Positions 9,102 to 18,778 of a stretch of DNA of 64,000 nucleotides are shown here, piece after piece (within the stretch, counting starts at the first letter, position 1; each line of letters begins with the position of its first letter). A model generated the notes under the pieces. It saw nothing but the letters and a program-made list of their open reading frames with translations. It made no database searches and was not told where the DNA came from. The stretch is from a virus. The stretch lies in the IMG/VR virus record IMGVR_UViG_3300031525_000865; one strand, written 5' to 3'. A program made the translations under genes and the position numbers.

Positions 9102-9562
9102 CGTGCCATCCTATCGATCATGAGCTTACCGCCCAGGTGATCGACCTCGTGGACGGCGCAGCGCGCCAGGAAGTCCCGGAAGACTTCCTCGCGTACCAGG
9201 CCCTCGACCGTCGTGAAGCGAACTCGCGCGACCGTCGGGGCAGCCAGCTTCCATACCACAGTGCCGAAGGAAAGACAGCCTTCCTCGTGCTCTTCGGAGC
9301 CCTCGGTCGACAGGATCTCCGGGTTGATGAGGACGAGAGCTTCGTCCTCCTCCACGGCCATGACGAAGAGCGACGGGCTGGGGATAGTCTCTCCCGACTG
9401 CTCGACCTGGTTGGCGGCGAGTCCGGCGCCGTCGTACTCGCGCATCCACGCCACAAGCTCCGCCGCAAACTTGCGGATGGCAGGGGTCAACCGCTCGACG
9501 CGCGCGGTGGGCGTGCGTAGCGTCTTCTCGTCGCTAGGGTATGTGCGGAGCCGCTCGATCAC
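9044..9562 (-). CDS. def: peptide deformylase
   Basis: motifs GAGLAANQV, EGCLS and HEVDH; GTG 9562 lies 7 nt after TAGAGT. Confidence 0.92.
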   Translation of the reverse strand: MIERLRTYPSDEKTLRTPTARVERLTPAIRKFAAELVAWMREYDGAGLAANQVEQSGETIPSPSLFVMAVEEDEALVLINPEILSTEGSEEHEEGCLSFGTVVWKLAAPTVARVRFTTVEGLVREEVFRDFLARCAVHEVDHLGGKLMIDRMARWERRVFLKKVSSAQSDRR

Positions 9563-9592
9563 GCGGTCTACTCTAGGGTTCCATCGAGGTTC

Positions 9593-9621
9593 TTGCAAGA
9601 ATGTCCGACGGACCGTATAAC
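9593..9621 (+). promoter_or_regulatory. TTGCAA-17-TATAAC promoter with GTCCGAC-N5-GTATAAC box, between divergent genes
   Basis: read directly from the sequence. Confidence 0.8.
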
Positions 9622-9632
9622 AGCTGCTGCCC

Positions 9633-10250
9633 ATGCACGCGCAGCTCGTTGATGGAATCCGCGTGGAGACGGTCAAGCCGGAGAAGGACAGAAACTGGCT
9701 CGTCAAGTGGCGGAGCAATAGCCAACGCGACGAGGCGTGGAAGCGCATGCAGCCTCAGTGGAGCGCCCTCGGTCGTATCGTAAAGCGCCTGGACGCTGCG
9801 AATCTATTCGGCGAAGGGCTGCCTGCGCTCTACGAGGTCGAGCACGAGGACAAGACGAGGTCGCTGTACGAGGCGAGCGAGCTACGCCCTTGCTGCGAGC
9901 ACGAGGACTACACGCCCGCCGAGCGCCAGGCGATGCTCGCCCGCATGGACGCGGTCATCGATGAGTTCTACAAGAGCGCGGCCAGGGCCGGGTGCCACAC
10001 GCTCATCGAGTTCACGGGCCTGATGGGGGAGTACCTCAACGCGTGCAAGATGGCGCACGAGCGCGGCGAGCAGTTTGCGTTTGCGAGCGCGCATTCGGGC
10101 AGCGCGCTCCCGTTCCAGCCGTACCAGCTGGCGTACCTTGCCGAGAAGCTCAACTGCATCTACGGGCCAGCGCTGCGATCGGAAGCCCACCGCAAGGCGT
10201 TCGTCGATGCGCTCTTCCACGGTGAGTGGAAGCTCACGCCCGCTCGATAG
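9633..10250 (+). CDS. hypothetical protein
   Basis: 205-aa ORF downstream of a promoter. Confidence 0.7.
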   Translation: MHAQLVDGIRVETVKPEKDRNWLVKWRSNSQRDEAWKRMQPQWSALGRIVKRLDAANLFGEGLPALYEVEHEDKTRSLYEASELRPCCEHEDYTPAERQAMLARMDAVIDEFYKSAARAGCHTLIEFTGLMGEYLNACKMAHERGEQFAFASAHSGSALPFQPYQLAYLAEKLNCIYGPALRSEAHRKAFVDALFHGEWKLTPAR

Positions 10251-10295
10251 CCCGGCGCGCGCTGGCAGATGTCGATGCGGAAAAAGGGAAGGATC

Positions 10296-10772
10296 ATGTC
10301 TGAAAACAACAGGAACCGAGGTCTCTACGGCAAGTACCAGGTGCGGCGCACCGACGGCAGCTCGGATGCGGGCGGCAAGCACGAGCACTGCGACTGCTTC
10401 GTGCTGGACCTCACGCACGATCCGTTGGCGCTCATCGCGCTCGAAGCCTACGCGACGGCGTGCTCGTACGACTACCCGATTCTCTTCGACGATCTGAACG
10501 ACAAGCTCGCCAAGCTGGTGATGCACCGCACATGCACGCCGCTCTACAAGCGCGGCGATGGGATCAACGGGCAGCGCCAGGAGTGCTCAGCGCCGGCCGT
10601 CATCCCGCTGGGTAACGGTTGCTGGTTCTGCATCGAGCACGCGCAGGACTGGGAGAGGCGCGCGCACCCGCTGGGTCCTACGGGCAAGGGGACGCTGGAG
10701 CGGAGGCTGAAACGCATATCGGACGAGAAGCTCGCGTTGGCGGCGGCGGAGTTCCAGGAGCCCACGAAGTGA
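10296..10772 (+). CDS. conserved phage hypothetical protein
   Basis: GLYGKYQVRRTDG...FVLDLTHDPLALIALEAYA, a motif I recall as common in phages. Confidence 0.7.
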   Translation: MSENNRNRGLYGKYQVRRTDGSSDAGGKHEHCDCFVLDLTHDPLALIALEAYATACSYDYPILFDDLNDKLAKLVMHRTCTPLYKRGDGINGQRQECSAPAVIPLGNGCWFCIEHAQDWERRAHPLGPTGKGTLERRLKRISDEKLALAAAEFQEPTK

Positions 10773-11524
10773 CCACGCGCAAGGAGGAGCTACTGGAAGC
10801 GATCGCCGACGCCATTCATGGCCCGCGATCTGCGACCGAGCCGTTCCCGGGCATGTACGAGACGGTCCTCCTCCCCAGGTACGAGCGTCTGGCGGACGCC
10901 ATTCTGTCGGTGCAAGGCGAGCCCGTGGCGCCACCGCAACACGGGGAGAACTCGTCGGTGCCGTCGCCCGTCGTGCCGGTGGCCAAGCCGGAGGACCCCG
11001 GCAAGCCGGTGGCGCTTGTCTCACCGGAGGAGATCGAGGCGGTGGCCCATCGGCTCCTGCATCGGCTGTGGACGAAGGCGGTCGGTACGTCGGACTACGA
11101 CAAGAAGGCGTGGCAAGACCTGGAAGCGAGCCTCTTCCGATTGTCGCGAGAAGGCAAGCCGTCGGGCGCCAGCGAAGGCAAGAACCCTGTCTGCGGCGAC
11201 CACTGGCACGGCTTGTCGGGCGCGATGGTCGATGGTTCCACCGGTTGCCCGTGGTGCCACATCGAGACGTTGCAGCAGCAGATCCAGCGTCTGGAGGCCG
11301 ACGGGGACGAGGCCAAGTTTTCACCGACCGAGTGGTTCCGAACCATGCTTCGTCTTCGGCTGCAGGCATTCCCGACAGAAGCCTTTCCGGAGGGACCTCT
11401 TGGCGAGCACGGAGCGACGGTGGACGTGTGCAGCGCGCGGGCGATACGGAGCCTTCTCAAGGATCTCATCGGGGACGTAGAGAAGTTCATCGAGGAGACG
11501 GCGCGAGCCAACCGTAGGAAGTGA
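10769..11524 (+). CDS. hypothetical protein
   Basis: GTGA overlap; CGDH...CPWC motif. Confidence 0.6.
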   Translation: MTTRKEELLEAIADAIHGPRSATEPFPGMYETVLLPRYERLADAILSVQGEPVAPPQHGENSSVPSPVVPVAKPEDPGKPVALVSPEEIEAVAHRLLHRLWTKAVGTSDYDKKAWQDLEASLFRLSREGKPSGASEGKNPVCGDHWHGLSGAMVDGSTGCPWCHIETLQQQIQRLEADGDEAKFSPTEWFRTMLRLRLQAFPTEAFPEGPLGEHGATVDVCSARAIRSLLKDLIGDVEKFIEETARANRRK

Positions 11525-11525
11525 G

Positions 11526-11819
11526 ATGACGCCGAAACAAGTGGAAGCGATCGTCACCGTGTTGACCAACATCGAGGTGTCCCTTGGCAAGCTGGTGGCC
11601 GAGAGGGCCACGCAACCGAAGGAACCGGTCCCTGTGCGGCCGCCAGAACCCATGCGGATCACGTGCGAGAACTGCGGCGAGCTTCACATCGACGTGGGGG
11701 AGTTTGCGACGAAACCTCACCACACGCACACGTGCCAGCACTGCGGTCTCACGTGGCGTCCCGCCATATTTCACACGGTGGGCGTGAGGTTTCTGCCGGG
11801 CTTCCGCAACGGCGCGTGA
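11526..11819 (+). CDS. Zn-ribbon hypothetical protein
   Basis: CENCGELH...HHTHTCQHCG. Confidence 0.65.
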   Translation: MTPKQVEAIVTVLTNIEVSLGKLVAERATQPKEPVPVRPPEPMRITCENCGELHIDVGEFATKPHHTHTCQHCGLTWRPAIFHTVGVRFLPGFRNGA

Positions 11820-11825
11820 TGGGGG

Positions 11826-12707
11826 ATGTTCGTGGCGCACGACGATCCGCGAGTCGAGCTGGCGAGCATTGCTGCGGCGCTGCGCGCGTACGTCGAGTGG
11901 CAGCGCGAGGCGGGTACGATGGGGTTCCCGCGCAAGGCATGGGAACGTCCGGTCGGTGAGGCGTCAGAGGAGGAGCCGATGCCGCAAGATCCGCAGCCAT
12001 CCCAGGCACCACCTCCTCCCGCGGTCCAGGCGCCGCTCGCGCCGCCTCCTGTCGAGCTACCTGTCGTCCCGGTGCCGGTGGTGTCTGACGTCGATCGGCG
12101 CGTGCGCCTTCCGGAGATGGTCAAGGAGGTGGCGGCGTGTCGGAAGTGCGCGCTGTGCAAGGAGCGCAAACGTCCGGCGTTCGCACGGGGCGCGCCCGAG
12201 GCCAGGCTCATGTTCGTGGGGGAGGCTCCTGGCGCGGACGACGACCAGCAGGGGCGGCCGTTCGTGGGGCTGGCCGGTCAGCAGCTCGATCGGATGATCA
12301 CGGCGATGGGGATCTCGGCGACGACCGACGTCTACATCTGCAACGTCATCAAGTGCCGTCCTCCGGGCAACCGCCGTCCCGAGCCCCAGGAGGTGGCGGC
12401 TTGCGCGCCGTACCTGCACGAGCAGATCGCTCTTGTCCGCCCGCGAGTCATCGTGGCGCTGGGCAATGTCGCGACGAGCGCGGTGCTGGAGACCGATCAG
12501 ACAGTCGACCAGCTGCGCGGGGCCTGGAGGCTCTACCGCGGTCAGACCCTGGTGATGCCCACGTACCATCCGTCGAAGCTCTTGCGCGAGGGCCCTGAGC
12601 AGGCCGAGACGCGCAAGAAGGTGTGGGAGGACATCCGGATGGTGATGAAGGAGCTGGACCTGCGCTTGCCCAAGCGTCCCGATCCAAAGCCGGAGGGCGG
12701 CACCTGA
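11826..12707 (+). CDS. uracil-DNA glycosylase, family 4 (4Fe-4S)
   Basis: CRKCALC, VGEAPG, GRPFVG, NVIKCRPPGNR and TYHPS motifs; Pro-rich N-terminal extension. Confidence 0.93.
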   Translation: MFVAHDDPRVELASIAAALRAYVEWQREAGTMGFPRKAWERPVGEASEEEPMPQDPQPSQAPPPPAVQAPLAPPPVELPVVPVPVVSDVDRRVRLPEMVKEVAACRKCALCKERKRPAFARGAPEARLMFVGEAPGADDDQQGRPFVGLAGQQLDRMITAMGISATTDVYICNVIKCRPPGNRRPEPQEVAACAPYLHEQIALVRPRVIVALGNVATSAVLETDQTVDQLRGAWRLYRGQTLVMPTYHPSKLLREGPEQAETRKKVWEDIRMVMKELDLRLPKRPDPKPEGGT

Positions 12708-13270
12708 TGGACGATCTGGAGCGAGTCGTTCGCTATTGCCGTCGGTGGGGCGTGAGCCTCTGCACGAGCCTCGATGTGGTGCCTCCCATGCGGCATGCGG
12801 AATGGAGCCCGGGCCCCATCTTCGGAGGGATCTGGTGGCGTACGGCGACGATCTGGTTTCCATTGACGGGTGTCGTGCCTTCCGACTTGCGAGCGCCATG
12901 CGCGCTGTTGCATGAGCTAGCGCACTGTCTGCAGCGCACGCGTCCAGGGGACGTGGACGAGCAACGTTCGGGCATCCTGGCTTTCGAGGACGCCTCGACG
13001 CGCTGGCTCCGCATGGGCCGAGCCTGGAAGCGCTGGATGGCTGGCTATGGTCTCAAGATGCCCAGCGGGGAGTCGGAGGAGTGGAGGACCGCGCCCAGGG
13101 CGACCAAGAGGTCGGTGCTGCGCGCCTCGTGTCGCCGCGCGGTGGCTCGTGGGCTTCTGACGCCGGAGGGGCGGCCGACGTTCCGGCTCCCCAGCGACGT
13201 GGTGGCGAGGCGTTTGCGGGGCTCACTCGGGGGGCACCCGGACCTGCCGAACGTGGCTCGACGAGGATGA
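12707..13270 (+). CDS. HExxH-motif protein (ImmA/IrrE-like metallopeptidase?)
   Basis: LLHELAHCLQ followed by a downstream Glu. Confidence 0.45.
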   Translation: MDDLERVVRYCRRWGVSLCTSLDVVPPMRHAEWSPGPIFGGIWWRTATIWFPLTGVVPSDLRAPCALLHELAHCLQRTRPGDVDEQRSGILAFEDASTRWLRMGRAWKRWMAGYGLKMPSGESEEWRTAPRATKRSVLRASCRRAVARGLLTPEGRPTFRLPSDVVARRLRGSLGGHPDLPNVARRG

Positions 13271-13444
13271 CCGAGCCAGCTGCACGATGCGGTCGCGTCG
13301 GTTGTCGATGGCTCCGTCGAGTACGTGGACCTCGCACCCGTCGATGTACATGGCGACATCGTCCAAGTTGAGTACGAGAGCGACGACGAAACGCCGGGCC
13401 GAGTGAGGGTCCTCGAACGCGAACAAATACTCCCTCGCCTTCAC
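13223..13444 (-). CDS. hypothetical protein
   Basis: protein-like reverse ORF (EYLFAFEDPHSARRFVVALV...); start uncertain. Confidence 0.4.
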   Translation of the reverse strand: MKAREYLFAFEDPHSARRFVVALVLNLDDVAMYIDGCEVHVLDGAIDNRRDRIVQLARSSSSSHVRQVRVPPE

Positions 13445-13495
13445 GGGCCCCTGTCTTTTGTGCAGTCGTGTTCGGTTGAGGTTATGATGCGAAGC

Positions 13496-13780
13496 ATGTC
13501 TTCTCGGATGGGCGACCTCTATCATCGCGCGGTTCAGGCGACGATGCAGCAAGAGGCGGACGCTCTCTTTCAGCTGTGCGTGCAGTCGTGTGAGCGTCAG
13601 GGTCGAACACGGACGGACGCAGAGCAGATCGCGCGCGACTACATCGGGTACTTCGCGGCGGCGTACTGCGACGAGGCGACGCGCCAGCGGGTCTACCAGC
13701 TCTACGGCACCGAAAATCCGCTCGATCGGTACTACGAGCGCACGAAGGGTCGGGCGCTCGCTGCGCTCGGCGCGACGTAG
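13496..13780 (+). CDS. hypothetical protein, leaderless
   Basis: TATGAT 7 nt before ATG 13496. Confidence 0.65.
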   Translation: MSSRMGDLYHRAVQATMQQEADALFQLCVQSCERQGRTRTDAEQIARDYIGYFAAAYCDEATRQRVYQLYGTENPLDRYYERTKGRALAALGAT

Positions 13781-13796
13781 CGAGGCGGACTCGGTC

Positions 13797-14159
13797 GTGG
13801 ATGGTCCGGTGAAGCTGACCTTGCAGGAGAGCGAGGCGGCGGAGTCGCTCGTCGCACGTCACTATGGCCTCATCGAGGCGGCCTGGGAGCGCTGTCGTCG
13901 CAGCGGCCGGGATCTGCTTGGGGTCCTCGACGTCAACGCCAAGGGCAAGTGGTTCGTGGGGATGAGCGCGCGCACGGAGGCCATCGACGGTACGCCGGCC
14001 ATGCTCCAGCACTTCCCTCAGCTGTCGAAGCCTGCCTGGGAGGCGGATCCGCCGATCGATGAGGGCGGTGCGATCTGGCTGATCGTGCGCTCGCCGGAGG
14101 TGTCAGCGTGTGTCCGCGTTCACCGTCTGATTCGTCTCGCGCCCGGCGGCGAAAGCTGA
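13797..14159 (+). CDS. hypothetical protein
   Basis: GAGG SD before GTG; GC3 bias. Confidence 0.55.
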   Translation: MDGPVKLTLQESEAAESLVARHYGLIEAAWERCRRSGRDLLGVLDVNAKGKWFVGMSARTEAIDGTPAMLQHFPQLSKPAWEADPPIDEGGAIWLIVRSPEVSACVRVHRLIRLAPGGES

Positions 14160-14234
14160 ATGTGCGAGTCTTCCCGGATGCTTCTCGTATGGTAAACCTT
14201 GACAGGTCGAGCCAAGTTGCTGGACCATTCGTAC

Positions 14235-14426
14235 ATGAGCAGTCACAAGGGTCACGTCATCGGCCACATCCATCGCCCGAAGGGCAAGTTCGTGTTCGTC
14301 GAGGCCAACGGCGACATCCGCGCGATGAGCCCGCACCGCTCGCACTCGGGCTCGAAGAAGAAGGGCAGCAGCCGCAAGAGCCGCAAGAAGGGAAGCCGCG
14401 GCAAGAAGAAGAGCAGCCGCCGCTAG
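14235..14426 (+). CDS. small basic protein with Lys/Arg/Ser-rich C-terminal tail (protamine/histone-like)
   Basis: ends SGSKKKGSSRKSRKKGSRGKKKSSRR. Confidence 0.7.
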   Translation: MSSHKGHVIGHIHRPKGKFVFVEANGDIRAMSPHRSHSGSKKKGSSRKSRKKGSRGKKKSSRR

Positions 14427-14660
14427 TCGGCGGCCTTCACCACGCTAGAGGTCGAGCGCAGCTTCGCCCGCAGAGGGTGTGGCTGCGCTTGTCCGTTGAC
14501 TGGAGTGTCGATGGCAGCGATGCGACGGAGCCGTAATCAAGGCGGAGAAGCGCCGGCACGGTGGTTACCCGGCTCTCCACGTCCTGGCGAACGATCAGGG
14601 CTTTCACTACGAGTCCCGGGCTATCGACGTCCCTCGGAAGAAAGACCTCTGAACCAGGCG

Positions 14661-15032
14661 ATGGCCCGCCGCAAGTCGCGTCGCTCCGCAAGCCGCAGCA
14701 GTCGAGGCAGTCGCCGTCGTTCCGGCAACGCGTCTGCGACCGAGGCCGAGGTGTTCACGAGGCTATGGGATGATCCGAAGTACGTCCGCCTGCAGACGCG
14801 CAAGGACGCGGCGCTCAAGGCGCTATCTTACGCGGAGGCGCACTATCGTCAGCCGGATGGTCGTGAGCGGCTGGAGCGGGCGATTCGGTTGGCGCACGGC
14901 GCCATCAAACGGATGCAGGACTACGAGGGGAAGGCGTTCGACGCGGCGGGCTACAGGGACCGCGGGTTGACGGCGCCGTTTTCGGAGATGCGGACGCGCA
15001 TCCTCTCTCGGCTGGGTCTTCCCCCGAGGTAG
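14661..15032 (+). CDS. small helical protein with Arg/Ser-rich N-terminal tag
   Basis: MARRKSRRSASRSSRGSRRRSGNASA. Confidence 0.7.
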   Translation: MARRKSRRSASRSSRGSRRRSGNASATEAEVFTRLWDDPKYVRLQTRKDAALKALSYAEAHYRQPDGRERLERAIRLAHGAIKRMQDYEGKAFDAAGYRDRGLTAPFSEMRTRILSRLGLPPR

Positions 15033-15078
15033 GCCGTCCAATTAGTGGACGCTCCGGGCGGGGCGGTGCGATACTTTC

Positions 15079-15489
15079 GTGATGCCGTTCGGTGCGCTCG
15101 TCCTTGTTGGCGCCGTGCTTGGAGCACTCCTTCTGCGAGCGCGTTCGAAGGGCGCGTCCGTGGTGGGGCAGGTGCAGTCCACCGGGTCCGTCGTGAACCT
15201 CAACCCGATCATGGGCGAGCGCCGGGCGACGGTGAGGTTTGGCCAGCAGGTCCGGGTGAACCTCCCGAACGAGTACCGGCTGGTCGGGAGCATGAGCGAC
15301 GAGGCGGCGTCGCCGCCGCTTCTCCCGCTTCGCGGGGAGGATGGCGGGTTTCAGTTCCGGACCGCGACGGTGGGTCGCCAGCAGCTCACATTCCAGGGCG
15401 ACGGTCGGACCTTCGCGCTCGACTTCGACGTGGTCGGTGACGTGCCGCAGGCGGCTGGCGGATTGCGCTGGCCGTCGCCTCGACGATGA
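15079..15489 (+). CDS. N-terminally membrane-anchored Ig/chagasin-like protein; paralog of 41145..41738
   Basis: TM helix followed by GQQVRVNLPNEY. Confidence 0.65.
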   Translation: MMPFGALVLVGAVLGALLLRARSKGASVVGQVQSTGSVVNLNPIMGERRATVRFGQQVRVNLPNEYRLVGSMSDEAASPPLLPLRGEDGGFQFRTATVGRQQLTFQGDGRTFALDFDVVGDVPQAAGGLRWPSPRR

Positions 15490-15854
15490 CCGCTCGCCGC
15501 GCCCGCCCATCGGCCAGCGCTCCTCTTCCGCCGTGCCAGGCGATCGTGGATGACTGGGATCGCCTGTCCTACTACGCACCTCGGCAGCGTGTGTCTGTGC
15601 CCGGGAACAAACCGTGCTCTCGCCGGTCGACCGAGGCCGTGCAGCACCTGCATCTCTGCGCGACGCACGCTCGCCTGGCGCGCGAGGGGCTCGTCGCGGA
15701 ATCGGGGCGGGTCGCAAACCAACCGGACATCCGCAACGTCCATCGGTATCCCGAGAAGTTTCCCAACGGTCTGTACTCCTGGGTGCAGAACCACAGGCCC
15801 CGTGAGGCAGGCATGAGCGCGCGCAGCTGGCGTCGTCGGAGTTCGCGAAGCTAG
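15486..15854 (+). CDS. hypothetical Cys/His protein
   Basis: ATGA overlap; C...C...LCATH. Confidence 0.5.
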   Translation: MTARRARPSASAPLPPCQAIVDDWDRLSYYAPRQRVSVPGNKPCSRRSTEAVQHLHLCATHARLAREGLVAESGRVANQPDIRNVHRYPEKFPNGLYSWVQNHRPREAGMSARSWRRRSSRS

Positions 15855-15867
15855 GCGTTGCTGCGGG

Positions 15868-16287
15868 TTATAGGTACCCCTGCGCGTCGGCGCTGAGGTT
15901 GATCTCGAACTCCTGGCGAATGATGTCGGCCGCCAGTTTGTCGCCGGCCTTCAGGAGCGCCACGTACTTGTCCTCGTCGTCACCGACCATGTCGATGGCG
16001 AGCTTCTTGATGGGTCCCCAGCGCTTGGCCCACTTCGTCAGGCTGACGAGAACGACGGGCACGCGCCGCAAGGGGGCGCGCTTGGCCGCTGCGAGCCGGT
16101 GCGTGCCGGTCCACGCCTGGTAGCGTCCGGGCCGCACTTGCTCGACGAGCAGCGGGCGTCCTTGCCATCCGTTCTCGCGCATGAGCGCGACCAGCAGCGG
16201 CAGGTGCGTCTTCTTGCGTTTCACCCGGTGGAGCGGCGTGATGCGGCGTGGATCGACCAAGCGCCGCCTCTGCGCGCGCTTCTTCAT
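15868..16287 (-). CDS. ParB/Sulfiredoxin-like N-terminal domain protein
   Basis: LMRENGWQGRPLLV...WTGTHRLAAAK...VPVV. Confidence 0.7.
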   Translation of the reverse strand: MKKRAQRRRLVDPRRITPLHRVKRKKTHLPLLVALMRENGWQGRPLLVEQVRPGRYQAWTGTHRLAAAKRAPLRRVPVVLVSLTKWAKRWGPIKKLAIDMVGDDEDKYVALLKAGDKLAADIIRQEFEINLSADAQGYL

Positions 16288-17396
16288 TGCGACGATGCGT
16301 CTTGGGGAGGGCCCTGCGGAGCGGACGGTGGCGCGTCGATGACGAACGGTCCGGGCGTAGCGGGCGGCAGTGTCCCCGCGGCGGAGCCGTCGGGCAGCGA
16401 CGGCTGTGGCGCGCCCTGGCTTCCGGCGGCGATGGCCATGGCTCGATGCATGTCGGGCATGCCCTGGGGGGCGTGCCCATTCTGGAGCGGCGGCTCCGCG
16501 TAGGGCGGCTGCTGCGGGTAGGGCTGCGCGTAGGCGGGCGCGGGCTGCGGCGGAGGCTGAGGAGCCGATCCCGCGTGAGCGCGCCAGTCGGCCACAGCCT
16601 GACGCGGAGGTCTCGCCGGTGGAGAGACGGGCGCATGCGGCGGCTGGTGAGCTTGCGGCTGCGGAGGGTACGGCTGCTGTTGGGGCTGTGGCCCAGGAGC
16701 CGTGGGGTACGGCATCTGCGGCTGCGGCGCATACCCAGGGGCGTAGCCGGCCGGAGGCGCGTAGCCCGGCTGCGGACCGCCGGGGGGTGGCTGCTGCTGC
16801 GGTGCGTACCCGGGAGGAGGCTCCGCGTATCCCGGCTGCGGGTACGGCTGCTGTTGCTGCTGGGGCGGAGGCTGCTGCGGGTACCCGGCAGGGTACGGCT
16901 GCTGGGGGGGTGGCTGCTGTTGCTGCTGCGCATACGCGGGCAGACTGGGGGGTGGCTGTTGCGGGAAGCCGGGGGGCAGTCCCTGCTGCGGCTGCGCGTA
17001 CGGCATCTGCGGCATGGGGAACCCCGGTGGAAACCCGGGGAAGCCTTGCTGGGGGGGGAAGGCCTGCTGCGGCGCGACGCCGGCCATCTGCGCGAGCGAC
17101 GGGCGCGACTGCTGCGGCATCTGTCCGCCGGAGTTCATGAAGGCGTCCGGATCGTCCTTGCAGAAGTGGCACAGCCACTGCGAGCGGTTGACCTGCACCC
17201 AGCCGATGGCCTTCATCTTTTCGACGCGGAGAGCCGGCGGATCGTTGTTGGCGCCGTGCACGCGGATGATGCGCTGGCACCAGGGGCAGGAGAGGCAGAA
17301 GTCGTTGCCGATCCGGAGGCCCTGCCCCGGAGCGCCGCGTACCCCGAAGTCGTACGTGAACTTCTTGCCGCTGGGCGTCTCGCAGCTCGTTTTCAT
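16284..17396 (-). CDS. Zn-finger protein with a long Pro/Gln/Tyr low-complexity region
   Basis: CPWC and CHFC motifs, then more than 200 aa of PQQ/PGY repeats. Confidence 0.75.
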   Translation of the reverse strand: MKTSCETPSGKKFTYDFGVRGAPGQGLRIGNDFCLSCPWCQRIIRVHGANNDPPALRVEKMKAIGWVQVNRSQWLCHFCKDDPDAFMNSGGQMPQQSRPSLAQMAGVAPQQAFPPQQGFPGFPPGFPMPQMPYAQPQQGLPPGFPQQPPPSLPAYAQQQQQPPPQQPYPAGYPQQPPPQQQQQPYPQPGYAEPPPGYAPQQQPPPGGPQPGYAPPAGYAPGYAPQPQMPYPTAPGPQPQQQPYPPQPQAHQPPHAPVSPPARPPRQAVADWRAHAGSAPQPPPQPAPAYAQPYPQQPPYAEPPLQNGHAPQGMPDMHRAMAIAAGSQGAPQPSLPDGSAAGTLPPATPGPFVIDAPPSAPQGPPQDASSQ

Positions 17397-18157
17397 CGTG
17401 ACCTCAATTCCTGCGACTCGGCGTAGTTGCCCTCGACGAGCATGGGTCCCTCGTGACCGATGGGCGCGTCCGCGAGCAGCCAGATGTCCCCGCCCAGATC
17501 ACGCCAGCGCTGGCAGAAGGACATGTCCTCGCCGTACGCGTGCTCGTCTCGGACGATGGGGTTGTAGAGGCAGAAGCCCGCGGTCTTGTCGGGCGCGCGG
17601 TAGCGAAGCTCGGGATGTGCGGCGCTGAGCTTCTGGAAGACGGACTTGTGGATGAGCGCGAAGGCGAGGCCCGCCGTGTGGATCTTGCCGAAGCCTTCCT
17701 CGTCCAGCTCCAGGCGTCCGTGGCCATCGATCTCGCCCAGGAAGCGTGCCGTGTACTTGCGGCCCAGCCGGGTGGCGTTCGGGGCCTTCTCGGCGGCGGC
17801 GCGTGCGATCTCCCCCAGATCGAGCTGTCTGAGAGGCGGGCACGCGCAGATGAACTCCGCGCCGGTTTTGCGGGCGCGCGCCAGCATGCGGAGGACGGTC
17901 TCGGGCTTCCAGGCCATGTCCGAATCGACGGCGAAGAGGTAGTCCAGATCGTGGAGCTGGAAGACCCGTCCGATCTCGGCTCGGGCGAACGAGATGTTGC
18001 TGTACCCGGCGAGGACGTAGGGGATGCCCTTGACGCCCTGCTCGTGCAGCGCATGGAGCGTCTGCGCCTGCGAGTCCATGTACGCGGCGGTGCAGCCTGT
18101 GTACGCGGGCGTCCCCATGAGGACGGAGATTCCGTTCTCTTCGTTTCCCATGAGCAT
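17393..18157 (-). CDS. GT-A fold glycosyltransferase-like protein
   Basis: TPAY, ISFARAEI, YLFAVDSD (DxD), GEDMSFC and IGH motifs. Confidence 0.75.
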   Translation of the reverse strand: MLMGNEENGISVLMGTPAYTGCTAAYMDSQAQTLHALHEQGVKGIPYVLAGYSNISFARAEIGRVFQLHDLDYLFAVDSDMAWKPETVLRMLARARKTGAEFICACPPLRQLDLGEIARAAAEKAPNATRLGRKYTARFLGEIDGHGRLELDEEGFGKIHTAGLAFALIHKSVFQKLSAAHPELRYRAPDKTAGFCLYNPIVRDEHAYGEDMSFCQRWRDLGGDIWLLADAPIGHEGPMLVEGNYAESQELRSR

Positions 18158-18317
18158 GGGAGCCTACCACGCGACGTTCTCGTTTTGCACTCGGTCCGAA
18201 CAGAAAACTGTGGTCCAGGTACCTGTTATCCAAGTGGGATCTGGTTGCCGGCCGACGCGGGCGCGTGGTCCAGCTGTGAACTGGCTCTCCGAGGCCGCAT
18301 TCGTGTAGACTCACAGC

Positions 18318-18752
18318 ATGCTCGCACCCATCGGCGCCCTCCTCGTCGTCATCGGCGGGATCACGTACCTCACGTACCGCAGCGGTGGCTTCTCGAAGCA
18401 CACGCCGCACGGTGCCCCGCATGGTCCGCCCGGCCCTCCGGGCGTCCCTGGCGCATCCGGCGCTCCGTGGGGCCACGGCGGGCACCACCGTCCCCGGCCC
18501 CCGATGGTCCCCGGCGCGGGCATGCCGCACGCGCAGCCGCTGCCGCCCGTCGTCCCCTGGATGGACCCTGGGATGCCGGTGCCGACCCAGCAGGCGGTGT
18601 GGAACGCTCTCTACTACGAGCGCAACCCGTACGCGCTGCGCGCCTTCGGCGACCACCTGCATCGGCACGGGCACCGTCGGGCGGGCGAAGCGCTGCACGA
18701 GCATGCCGGGCAAGTCGAGCAGCAGCGGCAGCACTACGGCTACAGCACCTGA
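18318..18752 (+). CDS. membrane-anchored Pro/Gly/His-rich protein, leaderless
   Basis: N-terminal TM helix; TAGACT 6 nt before the ATG. Confidence 0.7.
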   Translation: MLAPIGALLVVIGGITYLTYRSGGFSKHTPHGAPHGPPGPPGVPGASGAPWGHGGHHRPRPPMVPGAGMPHAQPLPPVVPWMDPGMPVPTQQAVWNALYYERNPYALRAFGDHLHRHGHRRAGEALHEHAGQVEQQRQHYGYST

Positions 18753-18778
18753 TCGCAGCTGACGCGCGCGAGGCATTC

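Noticed and set aside
11826-12707. UDG as a novelty
   Set aside because: An ordinary family-4 enzyme, common in large phages; useful only as a host clue.
13268-13495. Apparent in-frame continuation after the TGA of 12707..13270 (possible readthrough)
   Set aside because: Better explained as the shadow of a protein-like ORF on the minus strand (13223..13444); the downstream gene has its own leaderless promoter.
16500-17050. Tandem DNA repeats (GCTGCTGC/GGCTGCGG)
   Set aside because: They simply encode the Pro/Gln-rich region of 16284..17396.
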